Assembly (NCBI GenBank): GCA_035221665.1
Contig: CM069159.1
Location: 18,290,001-18,354,000 of the forward strand
Length of the DNA: 64,000 nucleotides
Source: Okamejei kenojei
Lineage: Eukaryota
Direction of reading: 5' to 3'
Notes under the pieces: generated by a model
What the model was told of the DNA's origin: nothing
Database searches by the model: none
What the model saw: the letters and a program-made list of their open reading frames with translations, nothing else
Part shown: in pieces, positions 37,005-49,661 of the stretch
Layout of the letters: every line of letters starts with the position of its first letter
Numbering within the stretch: position 1 is the first letter of the stretch
Made by a program: the position numbers and the translations under genes

Positions 37005-37835
37005 CCTTGCACTTCAGATTACACTAAGATAGGTGGTACTGTAGACAGTGAAGATGATTGTCAAGAATTTCAGAGGGATGTTGATCATCTGGGGAAATAG
37101 GCCAAGGAATGGTTAATGGTATTTACTTCAGATACGACTGAGGTGTTGCATTTTGGGGCTGCATACCAGAGCAGGGCCTTTACATTGAGCGGTGAAACCA
37201 TGGGGAGTGTTTTTGAGCAGAGCGATCTCGGAATGCAAGCACAGTTCCCTGAAAGTGGCATTACAGGTAGTGAAAGCTTCATCAGCCAAGGACTTGAGGA
37301 GACTAGTTGGAACATTATGTTACATTTGTACAAGACATTGGCGCAGCCTTACTTGGAGGAGTTTGTTCAGTTTTGGACTCTCTGCTGTAGGAAAGATGCC
37401 ATTTAAGCCAGACAGGGTGCTGAACTGTAAGAGGATTTGGCCAGGGCTTGATATATGGGGAGAGCTTTGGCAATCTAGGACTTTATTCCTTGGAGTGCAG
37501 GAGACTGAGGGGTGATCTAAGGTAGATGCATAAAATCATCAGGGGAATAGAAAGTGAGAATGTACAGAGTATTTTCCCCCAGAGTTGGGGAATTGAGAAC
37601 TAGAGAGCACAGGTTTAAGGTGAGAGTGAAAAGATTGAATAGGAATTTGAGGGGTAACCTTTTCATGCTGAGGCTGGTGGGTATATGGAATGAACTACAA
37701 GAAGCAGTAGTTGACACGGGTACAAAAGAAACATTTATAAGACATTTAGATAGGCACATGGAGCATCTTGGTTGGCAGGGACGAGTCGGGCCAAAGGGCC
37801 TGTTTCCATTCTGTATTACTCTGAGTCTATGTGAC
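37005..37835 (+). mobile_element. Older CR1-type LINE fragment
   Basis: Degenerate DYTKIGG..QRDVD, EVLHFG, LYKTL..P.LE..VQFW, RTREHRFKV, GIWNEL. Confidence 0.85.
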
Positions 37836-37974
37836 TCTGACTTCACCCCTCCCCCCCCCCCCCCCCCCAGCTGTTTTGAAAACTGTTACCTCTTCACTCT
37901 TCCCCCTGACCCAAAATAATGAACTAGTTTCTCTTTCCACAGATGCTGCTTGACTCTCTGTTCTTGAAGCCATT

Positions 37975-38630
37975 TCATAGAAACATAGAAAATAGGTGCA
38001 GGAGTAGGACATTCGGCCCTTCGAGCCTGCACCGCCATTCAATATGATCATGGCAGATCATCCAACTCAGTATCCTGTGCCTGCCTTCTCTCCACCCCCT
38101 GATCCCTTTAGCCACAAGGGCCACATCTAACTCCCTCTTAAATATAGCCAATGAACTGGCCTCAACTACCTTCTATGGCAGAGAATTCCACCGATTCATC
38201 ACTCTGTGCAAAAAATGATTTTCTCATCTCGGTCCTAAAAGAGTTCCCCTTATCCTTAAACTGTGACCCCTTGTTCTGGACTTCCCCAACATCGGGAACA
38301 ATCTTCCTGCATCTAGCCTGTTCAACTCCTTAAGAATTTTGTACGTTTCTATAAGATCCCCCCTCAATCTTCTAAATTCTAGCGAGTACAAGCCGAGTCT
38401 ATCCAGTCTTTCTTCATATGAAAGTTCTGCCATCCCAGGAATCAGTCTGGTGAAGCTTCTCTGTACTCCCTCTATGGCAAGAATGTCTTTCCTTAGATTA
38501 GGAGACCAAATCTACACAATACTCCAGGTGTGGCCTCACCAAGACCCTGTAAAACCTCAGTAGAACCTCCCTGCTCTTATACTCAAATCCTTTTGCTATG
38601 AATCTTATACTCAAATCCTTTTGCTATGAA
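37975..38630 (-). mobile_element. Young CR1/HER1-type LINE, 5'-truncated
   Basis: ORF 38224-38433(-) reads LSYEERLDRLGLYSLEFRRLRGDLIETYKIL..SRTRGHSL. 3' tail (CATAGAAA)2 at 37976-37991. Confidence 0.92.
38575..38630 (+). repeat. Perfect 28-bp tandem duplication at a LINE truncation point
   Basis: TCTTATACTCAAATCCTTTTGCTATGAA x2. Confidence 0.9.
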
Positions 38631-39777
38631 AGGATTTCTGTCCTTAACTCAGATTTGGACAGACGCAATTGTATTTATTATTCACTTGAGTTTGTTCAAA
38701 GCCAAGTAGTTTCTGACTTGGGAGGATAAAAGACAACGGGAGTTGATAACCGCCAAAACATTTCCTTGCTCATGTGCCACAAGACGCTCCTTGCATCTAT
38801 TCCTTCCTGACTGTTCATCACCCCCTCTGTCCAGACAGGGTGCTTTTAGGAATGGTAATGGAGATGTCTGCGGCATTGAGTCTAAATGTGATGATATGAA
38901 ACTAGCTGGCCAGCCTGTTAGACTGCTCTCCCAATTGGGTATGTCCCTGGATATTCTTGAGTGCGACCTTTCATTGTTAAGTGGGAGAACTGAACCCTTT
39001 CAGTTAAATTGAGAAGCTGGAATTGGCTGACCATTAGACTGTTTTAGGGTGCTTTGAGGCGATTGAGTATCTTGACAGGTCATTTCATGGAAGATTGAAA
39101 GTTACATTTGACCCACACTTGCTGCAGACAACAGATTTAATTCCCGAAACTATGTTGATGAACACAATTGTCTTGGAAACCCATCTGGCATTTTTGCATT
39201 CACTTTTATCAGCACTTGCATTTCCAGATTAAATTAGTTAACGGAATACATTTTGCAGCTGCCTTTGTGGAATTTGAATGTTTTTTGAACACTCGTCAAG
39301 ACCACTCGTTAGGAGGCCAGTAATAACTATGCAGAACAATAATTAAATTGGCCCGTTAGAAAGAATACTAGCTGTTCTTTTTTTCTAGATTATGAAATAG
39401 ATTTGATTTAATTCTTGTTTCAAGGGCACATGTTCCAGAAAGCAGTTGAAAAACGATTGTTAAGTGAGAATCACATCCTTAAAAATTGTTGGTCATTAAT
39501 GAGTGAGACTGATTGCAGCTGATTATGTGGACCTGTGCAAAGATTAGTACTCAGTTCATGTATAATCTCAAGGAGAGTATTAAGTGGAAGCATTTTTAAA
39601 TTCACAGAAGAATCAAATGTGCACGAAGGTAGTCATTTAGAACAATTTCACTCCAAGCTGATTTGGTTCAATCTGGTTTAAAAAAGGAAGCAAGGGCACG
39701 ATTCAAATAATCACACAGTCATAGCCAAGGTGGGCAGCTTAAATGTTTTTTTTTAAACTATTAACTCAACGGAAAAA

Positions 39778-39870
39778 TCTGATAAAGGGTTTTGACCCGA
39801 AAAAATCAGCCATTCCTTCGCTCCAGAGATGCTGCCTGTCCTGCTGAGTTACTCCAGCATTTTGGGTCTA
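39778..39870 (+). mobile_element. Hammerhead-family short element
   Basis: TCTGATAAAGGGTTTTGACCCGAAA..CCATTCCTTCGCTCCAGAGATGCTGCCTGTCC. Confidence 0.7.
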
Positions 39871-40875
39871 ATTCAATGGAAAAGCTAGATGGTCCCGTAT
39901 ACCTGGGGATATATCTGTAATAATGTCAAATCTCCTGTTTCTATTTCAAAAGATAAATCTGCAGGGCATTTGAATGTAAAATCTAATGAATGAAACAAGC
40001 AGATTACATATTAAACTTGTAGTTTTAAGTGGAAACACTATTACATGTTAGCAAAGACATCAGGAAGGGTCTGTCGCTATTCCTGTACACTTGCTAATTG
40101 GGGATGGGAGGTATTCTACTGGACTGTTCGAAAGGAAAAGAATTGTACTGTGTTAGCAATTAACATTTGTGACAACAAAAGCACTATTGACCATTTTTGC
40201 ACTGGTTGACCAGAAAAAGTGCCAGGGGAAATACATTCCTCCTCCTATAAGGTTTGTGCTGAAAGTCTTAACAGAAATTTCAGCGATATTTCTGCAAGAA
40301 AGGATGCTCGGGAACAGATTGCATGCGCTGTGCGTATTGTTATTCTGCCAGCTGTCATAAAATGACCAAGTTTGCCATTTTGTATAGATGAAGATCTTAC
40401 TTAATTTCCTTAAAATCGACTTCCATTATTGAAAGCTGTAAGCGGGAGGTTATTTAAGAACCAATTGCTTACTGCAATTTCTTTATTAATTGAAAGATTG
40501 CCAAGAAATTAAAGCCCTTGAATGGGTTTAATCCCTGCAATAGACAGCCAGCTGCTAAAATCATATGTAGAAATCACCCATCAGCACATTGGTGTCTTCA
40601 TTTGACCCATCTCTTCCTTATAAAGAGAGAGGGAGAATGCTTATGATTCAGGTGAAAGACCCTTCAGCTCACGAAGGGTGTTTGACTGCAGTATGTTAAC
40701 TGTTTCTCTTTCCACGGATGCTGCCTTGCTCACAGGCAGTTTACAGCATTTTCTGTTTGTTTTTAAATTTCATTTTCTGGCATCTACAATTTCATTTAAC
40801 ATTTCCATATCCTATTCATTGTTCGTTCCCCACTGCAATAATGCCACTGCTTTATACCACTGCAGATATACCACT

Positions 40876-41045
40876 GCGCTTTTCAAGAGAGAGTTAGATT
40901 TAGCTCTTAGAGCTAAAGGAATCAAGGGATATGGGGGAATGAAGCAGGAACGGGGTACTGATTTTAGATGATCAGCCATGATCATATTGAATGGCGCTGC
41001 TGGCTTGAAGGGCCGGATGGCGTACTCCTGCACCTATTTTCTACA
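40876..41045 (+). mobile_element. CR1/HER1 3' tail
   Basis: TTTCAAGAGAGAGTTAGAT..GAAGGGCCGGATGGCGTACTCCTGCACCTATTTTCTA. Confidence 0.8.
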
Positions 41046-41177
41046 CGTAGCTCAATCCCCCATCCTTTCATCCTCCATCCATCCTACAGTGAGAAAGTGA
41101 CTATGATGAACTTCCGGACACCTTTGCTCTTGCTGATGTTGTTGGAAGGCTCAGATCAATAGTGTGCTGCTGAAATT

Positions 41178-41375
41178 TGTTTAGTTTATTGCCAAGTGTA
41201 CCGGTTGAAATGCAAAGCTTTTTTGTTGCTTGCTATCCAGTCAGCGGAAAGACTATGCATGATTACAATCCGGCTGTCCACAGCGTACATTTACAGGATG
41301 AAGAGAGCAGCGTTCAGCGCAAGGTAATGTCCAAGTAAAGGCAGTCCGAGGGTCTCCAGTGAGGTAGATGGGATA
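41178..41375 (-). repeat. Interspersed repeat 3' end, shared with 32778-32910
   Basis: Same motif series as at 32778. Confidence 0.6.
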
Positions 41376-41463
41376 TCATGTACAAGCAATGTACGCTGCA
41401 GATTTAGAGTTGAACCTCCAACACCGTTATCACTCATTTGCCGTTCTATATGTTCTCCCTATC

Positions 41464-41769
41464 GTTAGTTTAGTTGTTCGAGATACATTTTTTAGATAAA
41501 CAGGCACTTTGACCCATTGCGTCTGTGTCAATCGGCGATCCCCGCACATTAACACTATCCTATGCACACGAGGGACAATTTACAATGATGCCAAGCAAAT
41601 TAACATACGAACCTGTACGTCTTTGGAGTGTGGGAGATGACGGGAATTCTTGGTGAAAAACGAACGCGGGCCATGGGGAGAACGTGCAAGGTCTGTACAG
41701 ATAAGCACTCGTAGTCAGGATCGAACCCAGGTTGCTGGCACTGTAAGGCGGCAACTCTACCACTGTGCC
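41464..41769 (-). mobile_element. HE1-like V-SINE
   Basis: Full consensus, including GGATCGAACCC (reverse complement of the B-box). Confidence 0.82.
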
Positions 41770-42663
41770 AAGGAATTAGAGGATGCTGGCAAAAAGGAAG
41801 TTCATTTTTTTGGGGTATTTTTTCCCCAAAGGAAACGAGCAAACAATATCGATGAGAGCATTTTCAAACGCACTTTATTTCACCATCAACAGTGACAAAG
41901 CACTATTTGCAAAGGGACCTGCGGTGAATATAAGATCACGGGACTAGATCAGGCAGATGGCTGGCTGACTCATTGATCTTCCCGCTGACCTTCCTTGGGG
42001 TGGATCAGAGTGTTAAGCCAAATCGAGCATTGCCTGTGCCAGAGTATCCTTCCTACTATCTTTAGCCATTCTCAGAGTGTGCCTGCATCGATTGATTTAT
42101 CATAACTGTCACAGATCCTCTTAGAAGCCAGCATGGACATAAATCAGGTCTGTCCCGATAAACACATTTTTTGTTCCATCTCTAGATTTGTTTTAGCAGC
42201 TGTTGACTTGCCATTTCACCACTCAAAGAAAAAAAAACCTTCCATATACGCTGCAAATCTTCCTGTAAACAACATCCTGGAGAAGATCTGATGAAATATC
42301 TGGTGCATTCAGTTATTAATATCGATTATGGACTGTGGTCTTCTGCTTGACTTACAGACCATCTGTGTTTTGCTTCTGTCTTATCGCGTCTCTTCCATTT
42401 GGCTTCTCGTGGATTTATTGACCCTTTCTCTGCCGGGCAGTTCTGATTACTTCGCAGGAAAATAAGAGAAATGGGCAGGTTATGTTATTAGTTGCTCTTG
42501 TGAACAACAGGGTTATAACTTTCCCAGCACTCACTATGGTGTAAGGATCTCTTATCTTGAAACTAGCTTAAAATCCAAACCTTCCCAAGTGCATTGTCAC
42601 TGCAGTTTGAAGAAGTGAATGATTTCTTACATCTATTGGCACTTTGCTGATTTTTATCACAAT

Positions 42664-42978
42664 AGTTTAGTTTAGAGATATAGCACGGAAACAGGCCCTT
42701 CTGCCCACTGTGTCCGCACCGACCAGCGATCCCCGCACATTAACACTATTCTACCCTCACTAAGAACAATTTACATTTATACCAAGGCAATTAATCTACA
42801 AACCTGTACGTCTTTGGAGTGTGGGAGGACACCGAAGATCTCGGAGAAAACACGCTCAGTCACGGGGAGAACGTACAAACTCCGTACAGACAGCACCCGT
42901 AGTCGTGATCGAACCCGGGTCTCGGGCACTGCGAGCGCTGTAAGGCAGCAACTCTACCGCTGCGCCACCGTGCCGCCC
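42664..42978 (-). mobile_element. HE1-like V-SINE, young and full-length
   Basis: Reverse strand begins GGGCGGCACGGTGGCGCAGCGGTAGAG, has the B-box GGTTCGATC and V-domain, and ends in a (CTAAA)n tail. CpGs are retained. Confidence 0.88.
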
Positions 42979-44017
42979 TGGCATGTGATGTAAAATAAAT
43001 GATGGCAACTGTTTCCGGAGCCATGTAGCAGGAAAACCAGCTCTTCGGTCGATGCTGTGAGTGTTGAGCACCCATTGACACGAATCCTACTACACTAATT
43101 GTATTTTGTTTTCGATACATTCTCAAAGTTTTACCGTGTTTTTCCTTGAGCATTGAATTGGTTTTTACTGCAGCGTGTCATGAATTGAAAAATTAATTCC
43201 CCACTCATTATACTTATTATCCTATTGTCAGTGACACGACTCCAAGGCTTATTGTATCAGAGCAGGAGATGATATTGAAGTTTGTGCATGGGAGATCTGG
43301 GATGTGATTCTGTATAGCTCCCCTCTCTCAGTGATATATTTCCTACCACTTTCCTCTCTTAATCCTAAATTTATTGACGCAACTTTGGGTTCAACATCAG
43401 GCGATGGGTGTCAACTGTGCTTCACTTATGGATGACATTAATTTGCTGCACATTGAACCTGATCTTGCCACGAATTTCAGAATTGTGGCAGGCAATGTTT
43501 TGAACAGAGTCTAGGAACAAGGTTTCTGCAGCACTTCTTTCTTCCAATCCAAGTGTGGCATGTTAACCCCTTCAAACTGCAGTGACAATATGCTTCCTTC
43601 AACCATTCATGCCCCTTCTTTTCCTAACAAAGCTCAATATAGGAAAATAGTGACTGTAAAGTATTTGGGATGTATCCCAAAACGTCATACCTCAACTATC
43701 CCCAGAGAAAAAGCTCAGTTCATTAGTAAGCTTTTTAAGTAATATTTCTTTTTTTCTAAATGGCTGTATTTTTATTCCCTGGTTTCTACTTTATGGACAT
43801 TTTATCCTTCCAACAGAAATGATAAGTGCATTAAGAAACCATGGAGACGGAAAGGCAAAGACATAAACCACTTGAAGGTGGTTCCCCCCATTAATATTGG
43901 GTGGAAATTTTAATTTTGTACTGATGAATTTGCAAACCTCCTTAGTTTTCCCGTGCCATATTGGTTGTTTAATTCTGCTGAATGAAGTGTTGATATAGAG
44001 CCATTTTTATAATAAAG

Positions 44018-44165
44018 TACAGAACAGTGCAGCACATGAACGGCCTCTTTGGCCCACAATGTCTGTTCCAAACATGATGCCAAGACCATCTCTTATCTAT
44101 AATTCATATTCCTCCATTCCCTGCTTTTCCATATGCCTATCCAAAAATCTCCTAATTGCTAGCTA
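44018..44165 (-). mobile_element. Older CR1 3' tail
   Basis: AGAACAGTGCAGCAC..GGCCTCTTTGGCCCACAATGTC..CCTCCATTCCCTG. Confidence 0.6.
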
Positions 44166-45539
44166 TTTTAAGCATTTAATCGGTCAGTGTGTACATTCAA
44201 GGTAGTCACTTCACTATTTGACTGATTATTTATTAAGTTATTAATCTTCAGGACAATATGCAGCAGTTAACTACCATAGCTACAATCATATAAATCAGAA
44301 ATGCTTGTATCAATGTTCAAATCCATTCATTAATGTTTATTCTTACATTTTTTTGTGTGATGCTTGCAATGGAGTTGCTGTATCGGGCTACTGGCTCAAA
44401 ACCAGAACATGGAAATCAATGTTTTGTCTGTCTTCCTGCAGGAGTTTTTGCAAAAATGTATTTAAGCTATCTTGCCTTTCTGGACTAGAATGTTGTCAGC
44501 GAAAAATGTGTGCACATCTGGCAAACGAGTAAAGCTGCTGGCTGCACTTTTCCGATGGTGAAACCTGCAAAGAAAAAGCTCTGTACATGTTCTGAGACAC
44601 TAACTGAGAATTTGTTATTGAAGTCCAACTGCTTCTTGAGAAATGAATCCGGCATGCATTTATAATAGGAATAAAGTGGTTAAATGGAAAATGTTATGGG
44701 AAGGCGCTGGGCTGCTGAGAAGTTATGGACTAGTTTGGAGGTATTCTGCAGGTAGTAGAAACTAAAATTGAAGTGATTCACCACCCAGCATGTAACTCAG
44801 AGTGGTAAAGCCTTCTGTTATATTGCCATCTGTCCTTTTGTGCAAGTCTGGCATTTTTGCATTGATTACACAACCTAGCTCCATAAGTGACAGATATATC
44901 TTGAGTAATTTTCTGTTCCAGTTTAAATTTTTAGCCAGCAGATTTCTAAATCTAATAACAGTTTCATCAGTCAAAACCCTTAGAAGACATTATCTAACAC
45001 TGTGTAATATCTAGGTGCAGATAAACAATTTTGTGAATCGTTTCCCAAAAGCAGATGTTGAGATAATATGTTCCTCGATGGGATTATCTGAAAAAAAGCT
45101 TTAAAAAAAGATGAAAGGTTTGCCAATTTCAATAACTCTATTTTTAAAAGAATTGTTAACATTAGCATTGTTTCTTATATAAAATCCATAGCAACAATTC
45201 AGGTTTGTTCCTTACTGTCAGACATGAGCAAGAATAGACACAACGTCCGGGCACTTAAATTGGGTCATCCCGTAGAGAAACAAACCCTTCAGCCCAGCAT
45301 AGCCATGGTGACCATGAAATACTATCCCATATTCTAGTATCTGACCTGTAGACATCAATGGGCTGTTATTTGACTGGTTATTACAGACCTCTTCATGTTA
45401 CAAGAATGTCTGCCTCCAATACCTTCTCATGAAATGCATTCCAGCTGCCAACCATCATCTGGGTAAAATCGTACGTCATTGAATCCACCTAATCCGCTTA
45501 ACTCTTATTGTTATCCTTTGTCTTTTTGGTTTCGACTTT

Positions 45540-46215
45540 TGTCCGGCTGCATTTGGAGTATTGAATGCAGTTCTGGCCCATTAGAGGAAGGATGTGGAGG
45601 CTTTTGAGAGAGCTGGAGAGGTTTACCAGAACGCTGCCTTGATTAAGAAATGAATTTAAGAACGGGGAGAAGGCAGGAGAATGGGGTTAGGAGGGAGAAA
45701 TAGATCAGCCATGATTGAATGGTGGAGTAGACTTGATGGGCCGAATGGCCTAATTCTACTCCTATTCCTTATGACGTTATGATTAGGTGCCATTAACTAC
45801 AAGGAGAGGTTGGATAAACTTGGGTTGTTTTCTCTGAAATGCAAGAGGTTGAGGGGAGACCTGATAGGAGTTTCCAAAATGATGAGAGGTGTAGTAAGTG
45901 TAGGCTGTCGAAACCTGCTTCCTAGTGGAAATGTCAAAGACCAGAATGCATGGATTTAAGATGATAGGGGCAAAGTTGAAAGGAGACGTGGGGCAAGTTT
46001 AATACACAGTGGTGGTGATGAATGCATTCAACATAATGTCGAGGGTTGTGGTGGTGGCAGATACAATATAGGTTTAAGAGGCTTTCTAATAGATATGCAG
46101 TGAATGGAATGATATGGATCATGTAAAAGCAGATTAAATTAGTTTATCTTGCATTATGTTCGGCACAGATATTAGAGTAGAAGCATTTGTGATGTACTGT
46201 CCTATGTTCTATGTT
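45540..46215 (+). mobile_element. CR1-type fragment with a nested younger CR1 tail (about 45662-45783)
   Basis: CATTTGGAGTATTG..CAGTTCTGG, TACAAGGAGAGGTTGGATAAACTTGG..GAGGGGAGACCTGATAG, and the tail (CTATGTT)n. Confidence 0.78.
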
Positions 46216-46723
46216 ACGTATCCACTAACTCATCCACCTCCCTGGTTACCCTGGCATCCACCTCCACCAGGAGGAATTTATAATTGCTATTTAACCCCGC
46301 ATCTTTGACTGCTTTAACTCTTAAAGTATTAATATAGACCAGGTACAACTACATATTAGTTCATTGTCCTCCACATCAGGGTGCAAGAAATTACTGGTGC
46401 TCAAGAAATTCTCAAAGTAAAATGGAAACTATACAGCAATGATAGATCAACAATAAGTACGATGACCAGAGAAAGCAGCAACATGGTACAAGAAGGCAAT
46501 GCAAAAACCAAACAGTGCAAGGTAATATTAAAGTACAATAATAGAAGAACCAATGAGAATACATGGCAGCTCTTCTCGGAACGGAGTGTGAAAGCAATGA
46601 TTGTCCCACGAATGTGAGCGCCGTGGGCACCTCGTGTTTTAGTCTCTTGTCGGCGGCAGGAGCAGCAGCAGCAGATTACATGAATGGCTGAAATGTGATT
46701 GATGGATGGTGCAATATGCTTGT

Positions 46724-46870
46724 TTTAGTTTAAGAGATACAGTGCAGAAACAGGCCCTTCAGGTCCGCGCCAACCAGCGATCTCCGCATATTAACACTCT
46801 CCTATGCATTCTAGGGACAATTTACACTTATACCAAGCTAATTAACCTGCATACCTGCACATCTTTGGAT
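46724..46870 (-). mobile_element. HE1-like SINE 3' part
   Basis: TTTAGTTTAAGAGATACAG..AACAGGCCCTTC..AGGGACAATTTAC. Confidence 0.7.
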
Positions 46871-47099
46871 TCTTAATGGTGGTGCAGCAATGCTGCAGAA
46901 TGACTTGAGGTAGGAGACTTGATGATGTTATTGAGAGGATCCATTCCTGAGGTTAGCCTGATTGAAGTCACCCATTTTACTGAACAGGTTTGCAGGGACT
47001 TGTATCTCATCAGAGCTGATCAGTAGAATTTGTCCAATGCCATCTGTTGTTGGCTTGGGGTGATATGTAGACCACCAACAAGATGGTCGAGATGAATTG

Positions 47100-47381
47100 T
47101 AGTTTAGATCTACAACATGGAAAGTGGCCTTTTTGGCCGACGGAGTTTGTGCCAACCAGCGATCACCCATACAGTAGGTCTATCCTATACACTAGGGACA
47201 ATTTACAAAAGGCAATTAACCAACAACCTGCCCATCTTTGGAACAAGGGAGGAAACCAGAGCACCTGGAGCAATCCCATGTGGTCATGGGGAGAACGTAT
47301 AAACTCTGTACAGACAGCATCCATAGTCAGGATTGAACCCAGTTCTCTAGCGCTGTAAGGCAGCAACTGTGCTGCTGCCCT
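47100..47381 (-). mobile_element. HE1-like V-SINE
   Basis: Full consensus on the reverse strand. Confidence 0.8.
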
Positions 47382-48214
47382 GCTTGGCAGCCCTTGACTT
47401 TGATATAAATAAAAGTGATAAAAGCACTTATTTTGCAAATATATTCCAGGTCAGGGGAGGAGAATTGAATTCAGTGCACCACTAAGCATTGACCAGAAAG
47501 CCACCTTTACCTTTGCCTGAGCATTCAGTACGGTCCATGTCATAAATGAAGGAGCCCTTGGGTTATATGGCTGGGTCAGGTAATTCAGGGGTGAGCCATG
47601 TATCTGTGAGGCAGAGAACACTGCAGTCTCCGATCTCTCTTTAAAACAGCAGTTTTGCTCTAAGCTTTTCCACCTTGAGTGGAGTGATTGAACGTTAGTT
47701 AGAAATGGGTGGGGTGGAATATGTCATTAAGGTCGTACCAGTAGCTCCCCTCGCTCACCAATAATGCCACCCTTCCTTGTTTTGTTTCTACTCCCGGCTG
47801 TACCAGTTGTGTCGAGTCAAATAAAGATTTATAGTTCTGAGAGATGCTTTGATTTAGGGGAGGAGACGGGAGATGTTCAGCACTGGAACTGGTAAGAAGA
47901 AACAATCATAAAACATTGATTAAAGAGGAGCTTCATGTAAAATGTCACCACAATCCTGCACCATGTTGAGAGGGGGACCCTCATTGGGGTATGCCCACCG
48001 AATAACACATTAATTGGATGAACACAGGGAGTAGATGTACTAGTCATCTCTTTAATGCATAAAATGATAAGTGTGACTCTGAAAATCAAGGATGGGACCA
48101 GTGTCCTCAGTGCATGATCTCTGGATCTGTCCACTGCAGCAGAAAATAATTGACAATGGATGCTGAGGATACTCATTTTGAATTGTAAGAACTGGTAAAA
48201 AATAACTAAAAAAA

Positions 48215-48963
48215 ACTGCCAGGGGTGCTGGGGAGATGGCAGCCCTGCCGGCAGTCTGTTCATTTTTTCTTTCTTTTGTTATTTTTTTAGCGTGCTAAAA
48301 AGTGTGTTTTATTGTTCTTCGTTATGTTTTATGTGGGGGGAGGGGATCGGGGCAAACTTTTTTTTCAAGTTCCTACCTTGCCGGAGAAGATTAGTTTTCG
48401 GATCACATTCTCCGGGCTCTATGGCCTACCATCGCAGGAGCCGGAGGCCTCCTCGGACTGTCGTGTGCCCCATCGCGGGGCGCGGACTTACCATCGGAGC
48501 GGATCCCTTGCCTGGTTATCGTTCCCACCACGACCACCGTGGACTTACCATCAAGGGCTCGCTGTCTCGGGAGAGGCTGGTCGGGAGCTCCAACGCCGCG
48601 GAAGGCTTGATCAGCCCCGACGCGAGGTTCGATCGCCAGGCGCGGGGGAGCTGACATTCCCCTGATGCAGGAGCAGATCGCCTCGATGCAGAAGGCCCGA
48701 GCGCCGCTGGCTACGGGAGTCACGATCGTCCCATCAATGGAGGGCTTGAGGTCCCCGACCGAGGAAGAACAAAAGGAAGGACTTGAACTTTATTTTGCCT
48801 TTCATCACAGTGAGGCATGTGTAGGAGTCCCTGTGGTGGGTGTTCATGTTAAAATGTGTTTTTGAGTGATTTGTTGCTTTTAATTGTATGACTGACCTGG
48901 CCAATGAAATTCCTCGTATGTTGCAAAACATCCTTGGCGAATAAAGTGTGATTCTGATTCTGA
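48215..48963 (+). mobile_element. GC/CpG-rich non-autonomous retroelement with a Rex1/Babar-like 3' tail
   Basis: CpG-dense body with repeated GG(A)CTTACCATC motifs. Ends AAATTCCTCGTATGTTGCAAAACAT..GGCGAATAAAG followed by (GATTCT)2GA. Confidence 0.6.
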
Positions 48964-49354
48964 CATGAAGAATTTTCTTATAATAGGAAAATACATTTTA
49001 GTACAGGTAAAATGTTAGTTATTACATCTTGTAAGGAAACATAAGGAGGTTCTGAAAACACTAAAATCCAAGTAAGAAAGATGATGAGAGGTTTAGAGAT
49101 ACCAAAATTAGCTATGCTTTTCATTGACACAACATCAGAGGGAAGCTGAGTCCTTGGGTATATTTCAAGAGGAATAAACCAAAGAACAAGGGATTATGCT
49201 AATCATAAGATGCACTTGCTTGATGCACCAGTAATGTATGCTTTAATGAAGATAGATAAGCTGAAGAGTATACTGAGAAAAATTCTGTATAATATTAAAA
49301 AGGAAGATTTGCAAAGCACCATTCAGAAACTTTCATGCACCTTATAGCCAACAA

Positions 49355-49650
49355 ATTACTTAAGTGTTGTTCAAGGACAAGTTGCAGCCATTTCTTGGTC
49401 TGCAAAATTCCACAAAGTTGAACTGGATAATGTTTCGATATTTTTTAGTGATGTTGATTGAGGATAGAATAATGGTCTGATCTTGAGGGATCGCTTTCTG
49501 TTCTTCATCAACAGAGGGTGCGAGGAGAATAGACATGGTCTTGGTTTGACTGTCTATCTGAAAGGCAGCACATCCTAAGCAATGCACCAGAGTATAGATT
49601 TCTGACATTGCATCTCTGGCTTGGGATTTTAATATTGGATCAACCATGTA
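49355..49650 (-). mobile_element. Ancient Deu-domain SINE (SacSINE1/AmnSINE1-like)
   Basis: TTAGTGATGTTGATTGAGG.TA..AT.GG, GGTCTTGGTTTGAC.GTCT.ATCTGAAAG and TCTCTGG..TGGGATTTTAA resemble the reverse Deu consensus as I recall it. Confidence 0.55.
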
Positions 49651-49661
49651 GCGATTACATA

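Noticed and set aside
42895-42978. tRNA-like sequences with A/B boxes
   Set aside because: They are SINE heads joined to the V-domain and LINE-derived tail, with no complete cloverleaf.
48292-48723. Overlapping 106-120-aa ORFs on both strands
   Set aside because: These are expected from high GC content and stop-codon scarcity inside a repeat, with no homology signal.
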